This document shows, one piece after another, positions 25,584 to 38,780 of a stretch of 64,000 nt of DNA (the stretch's first letter is position 1; each line of letters opens with the position of its first letter). A model generated the notes under the pieces. That model had not been told where the DNA came from. It did not search any database and saw only the letters and a list, made by a program, of their open reading frames with translations. The position numbers and the translations under genes are program-made. Source of the stretch: Octopus vulgaris (Eukaryota); NCBI GenBank assembly GCA_951406725.2, contig OX597815.1, positions 20,398,001 through 20,462,000 on the forward strand. Reading direction: 5' to 3'.

Positions 25584-27787
25584 CCATCTACTCTATTAAT
25601 GTTGAACTTCATTGTCCTATGACATGGATCAACAATCTTGGAAAGTAAAATGCAAATATTTCTTGACAACTTGAATATTTTGAATCTTTAATCTAATCTT
25701 TCTCTATCAACTGCATTGTTTTGAACTAATTAAAATTGCCAGTTGTCTTTGAATGCCTTATATTTACAATTGTATTAGTGGCATTTTCTGCATGAATGCA
25801 TACGATATAGAAATGGATGCACATAACAAAACATATTATGATTTAAAGTTTTCATTTTGATGGGAGACAGCTGGAAAGAGAGTACATTTGCATATTATTT
25901 GTACTCTTTTTTATATGCCTTTGATTGTTAAAACTGCATGTTCTGGCTTAAGTATGTACCAGGAGTCACATTTGATGTATATATATGTCCATATATTGGG
26001 GGCTGCTCTGCTTTGTGGGAGCAATTATTGGTGTAATTTTAGGATATTTGTATCAGTATTTGCTTAGTGATTATGAACATGGAAATCTTGTCAGCAGAAA
26101 TAAAGCTTCTGAATTTAAATGGTGTATCTGGCACAAATATGTCTACAACAAGTCATCTACTACCACACGCACATAACCACACACAATCATGCACACATAC
26201 ACATACATACAACTACACACACACACACACACACACATATAGCCACATATATATGAATTGTTCTAGATGAATTGTTGTAGACGAATTCACCTAGAACCTC
26301 TAAACGCAGCCTTCTGCCTGCCATAGTCTTTTCGTTAAGATTTTCTTTTCCTCACCATATAAGTGTTATTATTTAGATCTCTGAAATAAGTACAATAGGA
26401 CTAGCTTGACCGTATGCAATGCAAATTATAAGTATGGGACTCCTGAGAATGCCTGACGATTAAACTAACCAAATATTCTCTGGTATATACAGGCACAAAA
26501 GACAACATTAATAGTTCATAGATATGTAATGCCATAGAATAGTACATCATAAAAATTCTGGCACTTCAGAAATATTTTTTACTTAAAGTATCTTCCTTGC
26601 TTGGATTTCTGGTATCTCTTGAAGAATTTGTATTCATAAAATTAATGAAGTTGCATTCAAGACACTTGGCTTTCTGTTTAGTGTTTAAATAAGTTTTCAG
26701 CTGCAGGTAATTATTCTTTCTACAATGTCTACAGAATATTTTCTTTAATTACCATCACCCTACTCTACATTCAAGAGTTCATTTGTCTGTCAGAAAATAT
26801 TCAGTTCTGGATATTTTTTTGTTTTGTTATTGAGCTGGACATCCACTTGTATCATCTTTGTGTATTCTTTTAATTTTTTTATTATGTATATTAATGACCA
26901 CAATTACTTTTGTATTCTAATATTACATCTCTGTCAAATATTCATTTGAAACAACTAGTTCTATGTTGATAATACAAATTTTATAGACTTCAGGATCTCT
27001 TCATATCAAAGAGGTTTCTTCAGCTTATGGCCAATGCATTCTTCTTCAGACAAGATGACATTAAAAGATATCTTTTACGAGCAGAATAGATTTGTCTCAC
27101 CTGATACAAATCTATTTGTTTTTAATGTTAACTGTTTGTATATAAATCTGAATGATTAAATTAAATTGAAGTCCCTGTAGTATCATTTCTACCATGTAAC
27201 CCAGGAAATACAGAATCCAGATTTCTATTATACATTTGTTTATTCCAAGGTTTATTCTAAACTGATTTTTTAAATATATTCATTATAATTTCTGTACAAA
27301 ATTTTGATATTGCCTTATTTCTTGTCTTACATTTTTAAGATATTATATAGCAAGAATTTTCTTTTAAAATGATTATATTCATGCTTCATTCTCTCATTCT
27401 CTCATAGTGTGCTGGACAACTTGTGTGTATGTATACTTGCATATAATTAGTATTAGACTAGCTAATATCAATGTACATAAGAAATTCAATCGTAAAAATA
27501 CAAGAGTTTTATAATGTAAAGAATTTGGCATTTACTGTTTGCAGGAATTGCATTGGATTGCTTCACTGCATTTGCAGGAACCTAAGTTCTCTTAGTTATG
27601 TAATTAGTCTGGAACTGCTTTTTACATGACACCAGCCGGAAAATACAGAAATAGACAAGAAGTAGTTATAGGCACAGATCTGTTGAATGGGGAACTTAAA
27701 TTAGTGAGTTTAGAAGATGGAAGAAGAAGAGACCTATTGAGTCAAGTACATCAACATCAAAAATCAATGGAAATTGTAGTTGTGATC

Positions 27788-28088
27788 CCTGTGCCAGTGG
27801 CATGTAAAAAGCACCATCCGAACATGGCCGATGCCAGTGCCGCCTTGACTGGCTTCCGTGCCGGTGGCATGTAAAAAGCACCAACTGATCGTGGCCATTG
27901 CCAGCCTTGCCTGGCACCTGTGCCGGTGGCATGTAAAAAGCACCCACTACACTCACAGAGTGGTTGGCGTTAGGAAGGGCATCCAGCTGTAGAAACACTG
28001 CCAGACTAGACTGGAACCTGGTGCAACCTTCTGGCTTCCCGTCGAACCCATGCTAACATGGAGAATGGACGTTAAATGATGATGATGA
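27788..28088 (+). mobile_element. SINE family 1
   Basis: three modules, core, (gat)n tail. Confidence 0.88.
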
Positions 28089-30054
28089 AGAAACAATCAA
28101 AACTATGAGAAGGATGATGTGAATACTGACGGTCAGTATGGAAGGCCAGCTTCTACATGGCTAACATTGACAACTGTTCTCAATACTGAGTTTTCTGAGT
28201 GTTTGTTAATATTCATTACAGTTCTGAGGATAAAACAGAGATGCACTAAAGCAGTAGTGAAACGGCTGTCAGAAAATTGGATGCCCCCACTTGATACATG
28301 ACTGAAACACTTGGAAAATAGTGTATAGAAGATAGATGACAGTGTAGGAAATATAAAGGATGCTGATAATGATTTATATGCATGCTTATACATACACACA
28401 CACACACATACTATATGAGCTACTGAAATTTTCAATTTCTCTCTCTCCACAGAAATCTATTCTGATTTTTGAAAATTGTTGCACTGCTACCTGTTCTCAA
28501 GATTGTCTACTCTTCTGACTATTCCAACTATCATCTTATCTTTCATACCGTCAGCAGCGCAATGGCGATAGTCATTTGCAAACATTTTCTTCTATCACTT
28601 TTAAGTCTCCCTTAATGACTTGCGACCTACTGTATGTCACTCACATGTGGGGCTGTATTTTCAAGACACTTGCTGTCTTTCACTTGCCAGCATGTAACTG
28701 TCATTTGCACCTTTCTCCTATTTATCCTTTGCCATTTCTCCCTCTCTTCATTGCTCCTCTTGCACTGCCACTTCCATTTATCTCTCTTCCACACTATCTC
28801 TCCAATCACTGTTTTTTTATTTCATCCTCTTTTTTTTTCTCTCCCACTGAACTGAGTTCATCTTCTACAACCACTCTTTGTCCTGTACACTTCATTGGTT
28901 ACATTACCATGGACAAATGGAGATAACATAAAGTGGATCTGTGTCTTGCAGGATATAAGGTCACCTCAGTAGTGCTTGTGCCACGATAAAAGGGAAATAG
29001 TACACTTTAGAATAACTGGTATTAGGAAGGACATCATCCAGCCATAGAAATCTGATCATATTTAGAAGATCAGTAACTCTGATTAAGAACTGACTTGAAT
29101 CATAACAACCAGTTGAACACACAGCCTGGAAAGTGGACTTGAAATGATGTTGAGTGTTATTGCATTTGATATCAGCAAAACATCGACTATATCTGGCTCA
29201 CAGATTTCTTAGTAATGCAGCCTACAACCCCCCATCTATCTATCTTGGATCTAAAACTGCTTGTCAGCACCATTGATGTGTGTGCTAATGGAACTCTTAT
29301 TTACACATTGTTAACTCTGGTGTGCTCTAAGATTGTCTTGTCTTGTGCACATGCATCTCAAGATTGTCTTGTCTTGTGCACATACATCTCAAAAATACAA
29401 CCATCCAACTGATTGGCATGAAACCATTGTGAGCATATTCCAAACTCTGGCCATGCATATGCTGTCTCGTAACTCTGCTCTGCCTTTTCTACCACTATTT
29501 GCAGTTGGCTGATCTTATGTCATTTCTCCTCTAGCTTCTTAACTCTCTTGTTTTTCTTCCTCTTGTCACTTATACTGTACCCTTCTCTCAACCCTGATCA
29601 TCTATTATTCTTAGTATTTCCTCTCTAGAATGCTCTACTCTGGAATGTTTTTCCTGGAGCTGTCAATTTGGAGTTAACTGCATCAATCTCATGGGTCTCA
29701 CATGGTATGCAGAGGCCATGGGCACAGCTACTTTCTTCAGTCGAAACAAAATAAATAAAACATATGCACACACACATATACATATATATATATATATATA
29801 CTATATTTTTCAGCTAATACTGTATAAATTGTATTTTCCATTTCTCTTTTAGATTTTGATAATAAAGTTGTTTGAGTATTTACACATCTTATTTTATACT
29901 TACGTTGACTAATTTCCATTTATGTCATTGTGGTACTTCTATTAGTCTTTAAACTTGAAACTTATGTTAATATCACTTTATCCATTGGAAGCATTTAGCC
30001 ATAGATTTCTTAAGGGGACTGCGATGTGAATTTTCCAGTTGTTCTGATTATGAT

Positions 30055-30285
30055 TTAACCCTTTTAGTGTTCACATTATTCTACCAAAATTAATGCTTCT
30101 TCATCCACATTGTTTTGAACTAATCATTCATTAATCTTGTAGCTATGAGATTTTGATGAGGTAGCTGTTAATTTTTAAAACGATATTGTAGGGTTGGTGC
30201 GAGAGACCAGATCTGGCCAGTTTGAACATAAAACAGGCAGAATACTTTTGGCCGGATATGGCCGGTTTAAATGCTAAAGGGTTAA
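30055..30285. mobile_element. piggyBac-like MITE, orientation opposite to the 5220 copy
   Basis: TTAA-cccttttag ... ctaaaggg-TTAA. Confidence 0.8.
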
Positions 30286-31508
30286 AAAAGATGTGTAAAT
30301 AGCTCAAATGATTTTTATAATATATAAATTTGCTTTATTCTCTTTTTTAATATCAGCATTTTGCATCTGCTTTAAAATTCAAGATGGTGTCTTTATACAT
30401 CAATTTATGGTACCAAAGCTTGTATTTTTAAATATTTCATTCTTTTTAGCACATAGTTGGTATGTTAATCTCATTTATTGATTTTACTATTCACAGCTAT
30501 TACATGTATTAGTTGCATAGCTAGTTTATATAGACAATTTATGTAGATCTTTGCATTGGATGTTATGTAATTGTTTTATATTTACATTGGCTTCATGTCG
30601 TAAAGTTAAATATAAATTGTGTCTAGTAACAAACAAAACTGAAAAACTAACAATTGAAGCAGTAAAATTCATTTCAATTCTACTGATATTGAAGTGATAG
30701 AAATTTTAAGCCTCTGAAATGACAATCTACTTTCATTTGTTTATTAAGCATTGTTCATCATTACATTAAAAATATCTGAAGACACATGCATGAACTGGAT
30801 TAGACATTTTAATGTTTTATATCCTAAGTCATTTGCACTTGGACATTTAAAATGCTCACGTATTTCCCTTATCCTATATCATGGATGTTGTAAAGTTCCA
30901 ATTGTTTCCTTTTACCCCTATTTTTGCAAGCTGTTTGCCTGGCTTGTCCTTCTGTGTTGTGTTTCACAAAAGTATTGATCATTTGTTTTCATGACAAAAT
31001 GTCACATTAATAAATTCTAATCCAAAATTGTAACAGCATTTTCAGTATCATTACCATGTCTAATGTAATTAGATCCGTTTCCATGATCTAATTTTGCTGT
31101 TCATTTGATATATCATTAATTAGTCTGAATAGAATATAGTGAAAATGAAAAGTTAGTAAAAACAAGAAATAGCCTCTGTTGGTATAGTATCCCAATTAGA
31201 ACACAATTTACTGGAATATCTTATCACATTGGGAATGTTGAAAGTCAATACTGAAAGTCAATACTTTCACGTGATTTTCAAATTTATAAATATCTTTGAA
31301 CATCTCCATATTTGGTCATAACAAATAGTAAAGTTGCTAAAACCACTTATTGCTGCTTAACGAATTACATATGTATTATTTTGAGGAAGTAAATGGTTGA
31401 AATAATTTATACCAGTTACAACTTTCAAACAAAGATATCTGTTTTAATCATATGAAGCATGAATAAAGAAAACTGAGAAAAGATTTAACTGATATTATTG
31501 GCTGGAAT

Positions 31509-31895
31509 ATCATCATCATCATCGTTTAACGTCTGTTCTCCATGCTAGCATGGGTTGGACGGTTCGACCGGGGATCTGGGAAGCCAGAAGGCTGCACCAG
31601 GCTCCAGTCTTATCTGGCAATGTTTCTACAGCTGGAGGCCCTTCCTAATGCCAACCACTCCATGAGTGTAGTGGGTGCTTTTTACGTGCCACCTGCACAG
31701 GTGCCAGGCGAGGCTGGCATCGGCCACGGTCGGATTGATGCATTTTACGTGCCACCAGCACGGAAGCCAGTCAAGGCAGCACTGGCTTCGGCCACGATTC
31801 GGATGGTGCTTTTTACGTGCCACCGGCACGGAAGCCAGTCGAGGTGGCGCTGGCATCGGCCACGATTCGGATAGTGTTTTTTACGTACCACCAGT
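31509..31895 (-). mobile_element. SINE family 1
   Basis: (cat)n tail, core, four modules in reverse. Confidence 0.88.
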
Positions 31896-32219
31896 CCAGG
31901 GGTCCTGGCATCTGCCGGGTGCCTGTCATAGGATTGGTTCAATTTCGATTTCACTTGCCCCAACAGGTCTTCGCAAGCAAAGGGGGGTTCAAACAAATCC
32001 TGCCATGCAGCACTTTGAGCAAGGGTCTTCTATCATAGCCTTGGGTGGACCAAAACCATGTGGGTTATGTGGAAACCCATAATTAGGAACTGATTTTCTT
32101 TTGTATAGTAAACTCAGTCCATTGCCGAGTAAAATATCATCACTATTTTGTCATTGTGTGGACTTTAGCAGCTTACATTCTGTTGCAGGCTTTTCTTTTG
32201 GGTTAGGTTTGTTAAAATT

Positions 32220-32583
32220 TTATTTGTTTCAGTCATTTGACTGTGGCCATGCTGGAGCACTGCCTTTAGTTGAACAAATCGACCCTAGGACTTATTCTTT
32301 GTAAGCCTAGTACTTATTCTATCGGCCTTTTTTGCCAAACCACCAAGTTACGGGGACATAAACACACCAACATTGGTTGTCAAGCAATAGTGGGTGAACA
32401 AACACAGACACGCGTATATACAGTGAGTTTCCTTCAGTTTCCTTCTACCAAATCCATTCACTAGGCTTTGGTTGGCCCGAGGCTATAGTAGAAAATACTT
32501 GCCCAAGGTGCCATGCAGTGGGACTGAACCCAGAACCATGTGGTCAGTAAGCAAGCTACTTAACCACACAGCCACTCCTGCAC
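32220..32583 (-). mobile_element. tRNA-derived SINE (family 3)
   Basis: reverse complement of the 44923-45330 element. Confidence 0.85.
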
Positions 32584-33141
32584 CTAGTCTGAGGATAAGC
32601 TCTTCCCTTCCACTAGTTTGGAAGGCTCTGTAAAAGTTCACGTGTACTTCCACCCCTCCTCTAAATAAGTGGAGATAAAAATCAAAGAAATCTGGTGTAT
32701 GTGACTTATACCTAAAATCCATATCATTATATATGAGCCTTAGTGTTTTAAGGGGAGATGGAGATATGTTTTAAAATGACTATGATTTGTATATCATTTG
32801 TGAGTATATCATTTGAAGTGTTAGCTAAGAGTTGTAGATTTCTTAGCAGAGAATATTTTGATAATGAATAATTATGGTGAAATACAATTTGTACTTGTTG
32901 CAGTTTTCTAGAGGCTATTCCATGTTTAGCTGAACTTTTGCTTTTAAATAAAGCTCTGTCCTTTCTGGGGAAAATGTTTCTAAAAATAGGAAATGTATTT
33001 TATTTACCAGCATAGCTTTGTTTTTAAAAATGATCTTAAATTAGTGCCTGCCGGAGAAACGACAGGTGGTTCAGAGAATGAAAGGAGACTGTTGAATAAG
33101 TTGTGGCTGATTGTTGTTTATCAGCTAAAAGTGATAATTGT

Positions 33142-33368
33142 TTAACCCTTTCGTTACTGTATTTATTTTGAGATGCTCTGTGTTTCTTTCATTTACTTTA
33201 AATATAACAAAGAATTTAGCAAAATAACTTAGTTATCATTCAGCTAGTGTTAGGAACATAAATTGTGACTAAGGTTTGGTGGAAGATTTTAATTCAAAAC
33301 TTATGAAAATAAGACATTTGAACTTGGAGCCAGAGCCGGTTTCGGCTGGGTTGGTAACAAATGGGTTT
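33142..33368. mobile_element. Second piggyBac-like MITE family
   Basis: TTAA-ccctttcgttac ... gtaacaaatgggttta. Confidence 0.65.
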
Positions 33369-33819
33369 ATAAAAAGAACTGAAGCAAACATTGTTACTAA
33401 AAGCAGAAGAGACTAATGAAGAATATAACATTGAAATATATTCAATTATCTTTCATTAGATATCTGAATAGTCATTTAAAACCAGTTGTTGCATACATAC
33501 TCTTCATTCAGAAATGAACATTACAGAGTTTTCTCCTTTCCTATAAATCTATACAAGAAATAATCAGTTTGGTAAACTTCTCTTCATAATATTTATTTAT
33601 TGAAAATAAATAATGTTCATAAAGTATTTAATGATGATGATGGAAAAGTAAAAGGCATTTAGAGAAATCGAAATTTATGATAAATTTTAGGTAGTTTTAA
33701 TTTGTAGATACATATGTAACTTACAGTTTAACTATAGTTCTTTTTTCTAAACACAATATCTAAACGACAGTCTGTACATTTAAATTACTGGTGTCAAGAG
33801 ATAGTTAAGTTAATTTTTT

Positions 33820-34075
33820 GGCTCAAAAAGCAAAAAGCAAGGCCATGTAGGGGGACATGGAGTTATGTACAAGGTGGTGTTCATGCTAAGTGTTCAGGCC
33901 ATTTCTGGTCAAAAGAGACTTTGAACCGAGCGGTCGTCGGCACCTTCACTATCTCGTCCGGCAGCTTATTCCATGGATCCGCAACCTGGATGGAGAAAGC
34001 CCCGCTCCTTCGATTGAGATGAAATTGTCAGAGATAGAGCTTTTCAGAGTGACCCCGCAGCCGACGCTCTGGTTG
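33820..34075 (-). mobile_element. CR1/L2-group LINE 3' end
   Basis: minus strand reads FHLNRRSGAFSIQVADPWNKLPDEIVKVPTTARFK, resembling the F..RV...WN.LP terminal motif. Confidence 0.7.
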
Positions 34076-34787
34076 TTTATATATTGTTACAAACATTATG
34101 TATCTTGAGGAAACCACGATCTCTACAAACTTGATTTTAGTCAAATGAACACTTATTACAAATTTGTGATGATCTGTGTTACTCTGAAATTGATCAACCT
34201 GTAATCACATGTTCAAACTGCAAATCAAGTGGAAAATTTCATTTGGAAGAGATCTTGATGCTGCAAATTGTTGAGATGCTTCTATGCAGTTTGTTTATTA
34301 TATCATACTTAACCCTATTTCTCAAGAGCATTCGTCATTTGTAAACTTTTGTTCATTTAACCATGTTAATTACCTATTATATTTAGTTTTAATATTACTC
34401 ACCTGTTTTAAGGTAATGAACAGGCAGAATCATTACCATGCTGGAAAAATTGCATTGCAACATTTCTTCTGACTTTATGTTCTGAGTTCGAATGCAGTTG
34501 AGGTCGACTTTGCATTTTCATCCTTTGAGGGTCAATAAAATAAGTACCAGTTGAACACTGGGGTTAATGTAATTGACTTACTCCACTCCCCAAAAATTGC
34601 TGGCCTTGTGCCAAAATTTGCAACCAATATTACTAACCCACTCACTTATGTCAGCTATTTTAGTAAATCTTAGTAAATATTAAAAAATTTTTTCTTCCTT
34701 TTCAGGAAATTTTTTAAAAGTAATTCATTAATAAATTTCACATTTAATAGAAAAATATTTTAATTGCTTTTGTTGTTTGCATTATAG

Positions 34788-34914
34788 GAATGTGTACAAA
34801 GACTATAAGCAGCTAGAATTGTCTGCTGAAAGTCAAGAAGAAATAGACAGTTGGAAGGCATCATTCCTACGAGCTGGTGTTTACCCAGAGAAAGCCCAAG
34901 ATAAGGGTGATGAG
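34788..34914 (+). CDS. DNM: Dynamin PH C-terminal exon: (R)[42 protein letters not shown]
   Basis: attatag / gtaacc; 127 nt, phase 2-0; hallmark [14 protein letters not shown]. Confidence 0.97.
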
Positions 34915-35040
34915 GTAACCATTTTATTCTTTTACCTTTTTGAAAGAAAATAAGGTAGATATTCAAATTAGGTTTTATTACACACATGTGAGTGAGAACA
35001 CTTTGAGATATTTTTGGTATCTAACATATGTCAGATACTG

Positions 35041-35384
35041 CGAGCGCTTTCTGATTGGTCAATCCATGGTGATAACCCGAGGTCACGGTGACAGCGCTGC
35101 TTCTGATTGGTCAATTCATGGTGATGACCCGAGGTCACGGTGACGGCACTACTTTTGTCATTCATAAGTGACAGCTAAACGTGAAGAATTTAGTTATTGG
35201 GTTAATAAAATATGGTCGTTTATTCGTGTGTAATAAATGAAATACCAAACTCATTCCCTATGGATACCGTATTTATTACAACGAGTGGCTTGTAAACGTA
35301 TCTAACTCGCTTTCGCTCGTTAGATACGTTTACAAGCCACTCGTTGTAATAAATACGGTATCCATAGGGAACTCGTTTGGTATT
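35041..35384. mobile_element. Palindromic non-autonomous DNA element (Crypton-like, tentative)
   Basis: perfect 53-bp stem 35254-35306/35319-35371 with loop tcgctttcgctc; two ~52-bp ttctgattggtc tandem units at 35049-35152. Confidence 0.6.
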
Positions 35385-35629
35385 CTCTCTTTATCTATAT
35401 TTGTATTTTACTATGAAAATATTATTTTTTTTCAGTAAAAGAAAAATAGAAATTATATCATCTCAGTTTTATACCTCCTTTCCGCTTATTTTTTTTAATT
35501 AAATTTTATCTTAAATTTACTTTACACTTAGTTTTTCATAACAATAACATTCAAAATTAAACAATGGAACTTTATTTATTTTTTTTTACCTATTTTATTG
35601 TTATTTACTATCTTTCTTTATTGTTTTAG

Positions 35630-35776
35630 TCAAAAGATGACAATACATCCATGGATCCTCAGCTGGAGCGACAAGTGGAGACCATCAGAAATTTAGTAGA
35701 TTCCTACATGAGATTAGTTTACAAAACACATCGGGATTTGGTTCCCAAAACTATTATGCATCTAATAGTAAATGAT
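35630..35776 (+). CDS. DNM: Dynamin GED exon: [49 protein letters not shown]
   Basis: ttttag / gtaagt; 147 nt; hallmark [20 protein letters not shown]. Confidence 0.98.
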
Positions 35777-35839
35777 GTAAGTATATATATTTTGGTACTT
35801 ATAATACTCACTAATTTCATTTATTTATTGCTTACAATT

Positions 35840-36215
35840 CGACTGGCTTCTGTGCTGGTGACACATAAAAAGCACCATCCGAATGTAGCCGATGCCAGTG
35901 CCGCCCCGACTGGCTTCTGTGCTGGTGGCACATAAAAAGCACCATCCGAACGTTGCCAGTGCCGCCTTGGCTGGCACGTTAAAAGCTCCAACCGATCGTG
36001 GACAATGCCCCCCCCCCCCCCGGGCACCTGTGCAGGTGGCACGTAAAAAGCACCCACTACACTCGCGGAGTGGTTGGCGTTAGGAAGGGCATCCAGCCGT
36101 AGACACTCTGCCAGATCAGACTGGAGCCTGGAGCAGCCCCTGGCTTCCCAGACCCCGGTCGAACCGTCCAACCCGTGCTAGCGCGGAAAACGGACGTTAA
36201 ACGATGATGATGATG
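35840..36215 (+). mobile_element. SINE family 1, starting ~60 nt after the GED exon donor
   Basis: four modules, core, (gat)n tail. Confidence 0.88.
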
Positions 36216-36993
36216 AATTGTAACAGTTTAGTGGCCGATTGGGGGTGGGCTAGATTGAATGCCTTATGCTGTGTTCTTTCAGTTCTGATTTCAAATACCA
36301 CCAAACAAGTTTTTTCCTTTCATCCCGCAGTTGATAGGATGGTACCAATCATGTACTGAGGCCTGTTAAATAGGTTATATTTCTCCACCTTAGATTTTTG
36401 GTTTTGTGTCAATGTTGTTATTTTTATTACTTTTATAAGATAGCCAGTGGAGGAGGTGAAGCTACATGGCATTTGTATGAACTCCCATCAGGGTGTTGGG
36501 ATTGATGTAGTGATGTTTAGTTTGAACATTTGTAGGTTAATGACTACAAGAAGAATATGAGTGCAGAGGGAACAGGGAATTTGGTTTGAATATCTGTAAT
36601 GGAGTAAAAAAACTATGCTAAAGTTACTCAAAGACCAAGTGGAGGTATTCAACAGTGTAACTTTTAAGGTGTACCTTCTGAAGATGGTTGCAGCGAGAGC
36701 TGTGGATAGCAATATCAGTAGAGTGCCTGATAAAATGTGTGATTTTCCTCATTCTGAGGTTGATAAAGCAAGAACCAGTCAAGCATTAGAATTGATGATT
36801 AAATCAACTGCATCCCCCCCATGTGAATGTTTTGCCTTGTTCTTGTGTTACAATTTGTCATAGTAGTTGTGGAGTTGGAATGGAAGTCTGTTGGATTTAG
36901 TCTTTTTTTTATTTAATTTTCTTTCTGATACAAGAATGGATGAAAAATAAAAAGAAAGTTGCTTTAATTGTCTTTTGTTTTGATTCATTCCAG

Positions 36994-37053
36994 GTGAAAG
37001 ATTTTATAAGTGGTGGAGAAATGTTGGCTCAGTTGTATGCGTCTGCTGATCAG
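36994..37053 (+). CDS. DNM: Dynamin GED exon: VKDFISGGEMLAQLYASADQ
   Basis: ttccag / gtaaat; 60 nt; homologous to TKEFIFSELLANLYSCGDQ. Confidence 0.93.
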
Positions 37054-37549
37054 GTAAATATTATTCACAAACTTTTATAGAAATCTGCTCTAAAATTTGC
37101 ATTTTGCAATTGACTTTGAAGATGAGGTTTTGAACTTTTACAAGTATTTGCCAGAGTATCTTATTATATCAATCATACATGTTATTGTGTGTGTGTGTTT
37201 GTGTTTGTCTGCTAAACACCTGCATGAGGTAGCTGATTGATATTGTGTGAACTGCAACGGTTGCACAAATATTTTTGTTCTACCTGGAATTTTGGAGTCA
37301 TATTTTGATGTTGACCATACTACAAGAAACTCAATATATATATATAGTAGCTGCTTTCTCGTATACGAGCAAAGCCATTTCTAGAAAGAATCATTGAAAT
37401 TAGTCATTTATGATGCAAAGTGAGACCCTTGTATGACTCTTGAGCCCGGCCAAAGATTTGCACATTCTATTGCATAATACACAGCTGTGCTGGTTGGCAG
37501 GGGAAACAGGTGCCACAAAGTCTTTTGACCAGCCTTTTCAATTCTCCAA

Positions 37550-38340
37550 CTGAAAGGCACACCTTTCCCACAGGTTGCACATGTTCTGTTGTGAACAATA
37601 GCCATGTCACAATTTACAAGGGGTTGTTTCCAGTCACTTCTCTGGTGGCTGACCAGGCCTGCATGACTCAAGCATTTCCTCCTACGAATCACACACATAA
37701 AAAAACAAAATTCCCTCATTTTCCACAGGTTCATTCTTTCTAAACCTTCTCTTGATCTTCTTGTGTTTTATTCTCTCTCTCTCTCTCTCTCTTTCAAACT
37801 TCAAACAACCACTATGCACTCTTTTCCTCCATCTATCTTGGCCTTGTGCCTTTCTTTCTCAATCAACAACTGAAATTTCTGACTGTGTCAGAGCAGTTCT
37901 GAGGCGGTCCTTGGACCACATTTTGGGTTTATGTGCTGGCCTCCAACCATTTTCCAGCTCACCATACAAAAGTTGTGTAGAAAGTCTTTCATTATTCATT
38001 CTCACCAGATGTCCACCCCACCTCAAACGATTTTGCAGAATCATCGCTTCTATACTCATATTACCATTTCTCTCAAGTACCTCCACATCATTGATGGCCT
38101 AGAATTTTCCTAAGACAATATTGATGATATAATTCCAAATGCCTTAAATGCCTGTGATAAACAACCCATGTCTCACTTCCATAGAGCAATGATGGCAGAA
38201 CACACATACTATAAACTCTAACTTTAATTTGGAAATACATAATATGGTTTGACCAGAGATGCTTGTCAAGCCTACCAAAAGTATTTACTATCCTTCCTGG
38301 TTCTACACGAAATTTCATCTTCAAGACCAGTAGTGCTCAT
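37550..38340 (-). mobile_element. RTE-clade LINE fragment (C-terminal)
   Basis: KVRVYSMCVLPSLLYGSETW and RLRWGGHLVRMNNERLSTQLLYGEL; frameshifted. Confidence 0.88.
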
Positions 38341-38592
38341 ATATGTATATCATAGAAAGTAAATGAAAATTTTGTGAAAAATCTCAAAGACACTGAAGAG
38401 AAATTGTAATATTTTTTAAGAGATAAGAAAAATATTTTTAAACCACTAAATTAATTTGTGGTTACATACAATGATGATGACTGGTTGCTGCTACACAACT
38501 ATTCTATTTCTTCCTGTATTCCACCATATTCTTATTAATTTTATTTACATTTAAAAGAGTGTAAGAGTAATTTTTGTTTCTATATCTATTAG

Positions 38593-38780
38593 AATACTTT
38601 AATGGAAGAATCCTCTGAAGAGGCCATGAGAAGAGAAGAAATTCTGCGCATGTATCATGCTACCAAAGAAGCATTGAATATAATTAGTGAAGTGACCACT
38701 AGTACAGTGACTACTCCACTCCCTCCACCTGTAGACAATGATTGGTTGCGTGCAGAAAGAGCAGAGAATGGACCCTCTAG
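38593..38780 (+). CDS. DNM: Dynamin GED/BSE and PRD start: [62 protein letters not shown]
   Basis: attag / gtatgt; 188 nt, phase 0-2; LMEES...RMYHA.KEAL and PPPVD.DWL motifs. Confidence 0.97.

Noticed and set aside
25207-25669. ORFs of 118-141 aa
   Set aside because: Translations of TA/CA microsatellite and a SINE
27788-27950. Repeat-spacer pattern resembling a CRISPR array
   Set aside because: Eukaryotic intron, spacers related to each other, no cas genes, pattern is internal to a dispersed SINE
31542-32082. Recurrent ORFs with [22 protein letters not shown]
   Set aside because: Antisense translations of SINE family 1 found at every copy
34706-34719. Possible microexon upstream of exon 34788
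   Set aside because: 14 nt, not frame-preserving, weak donor
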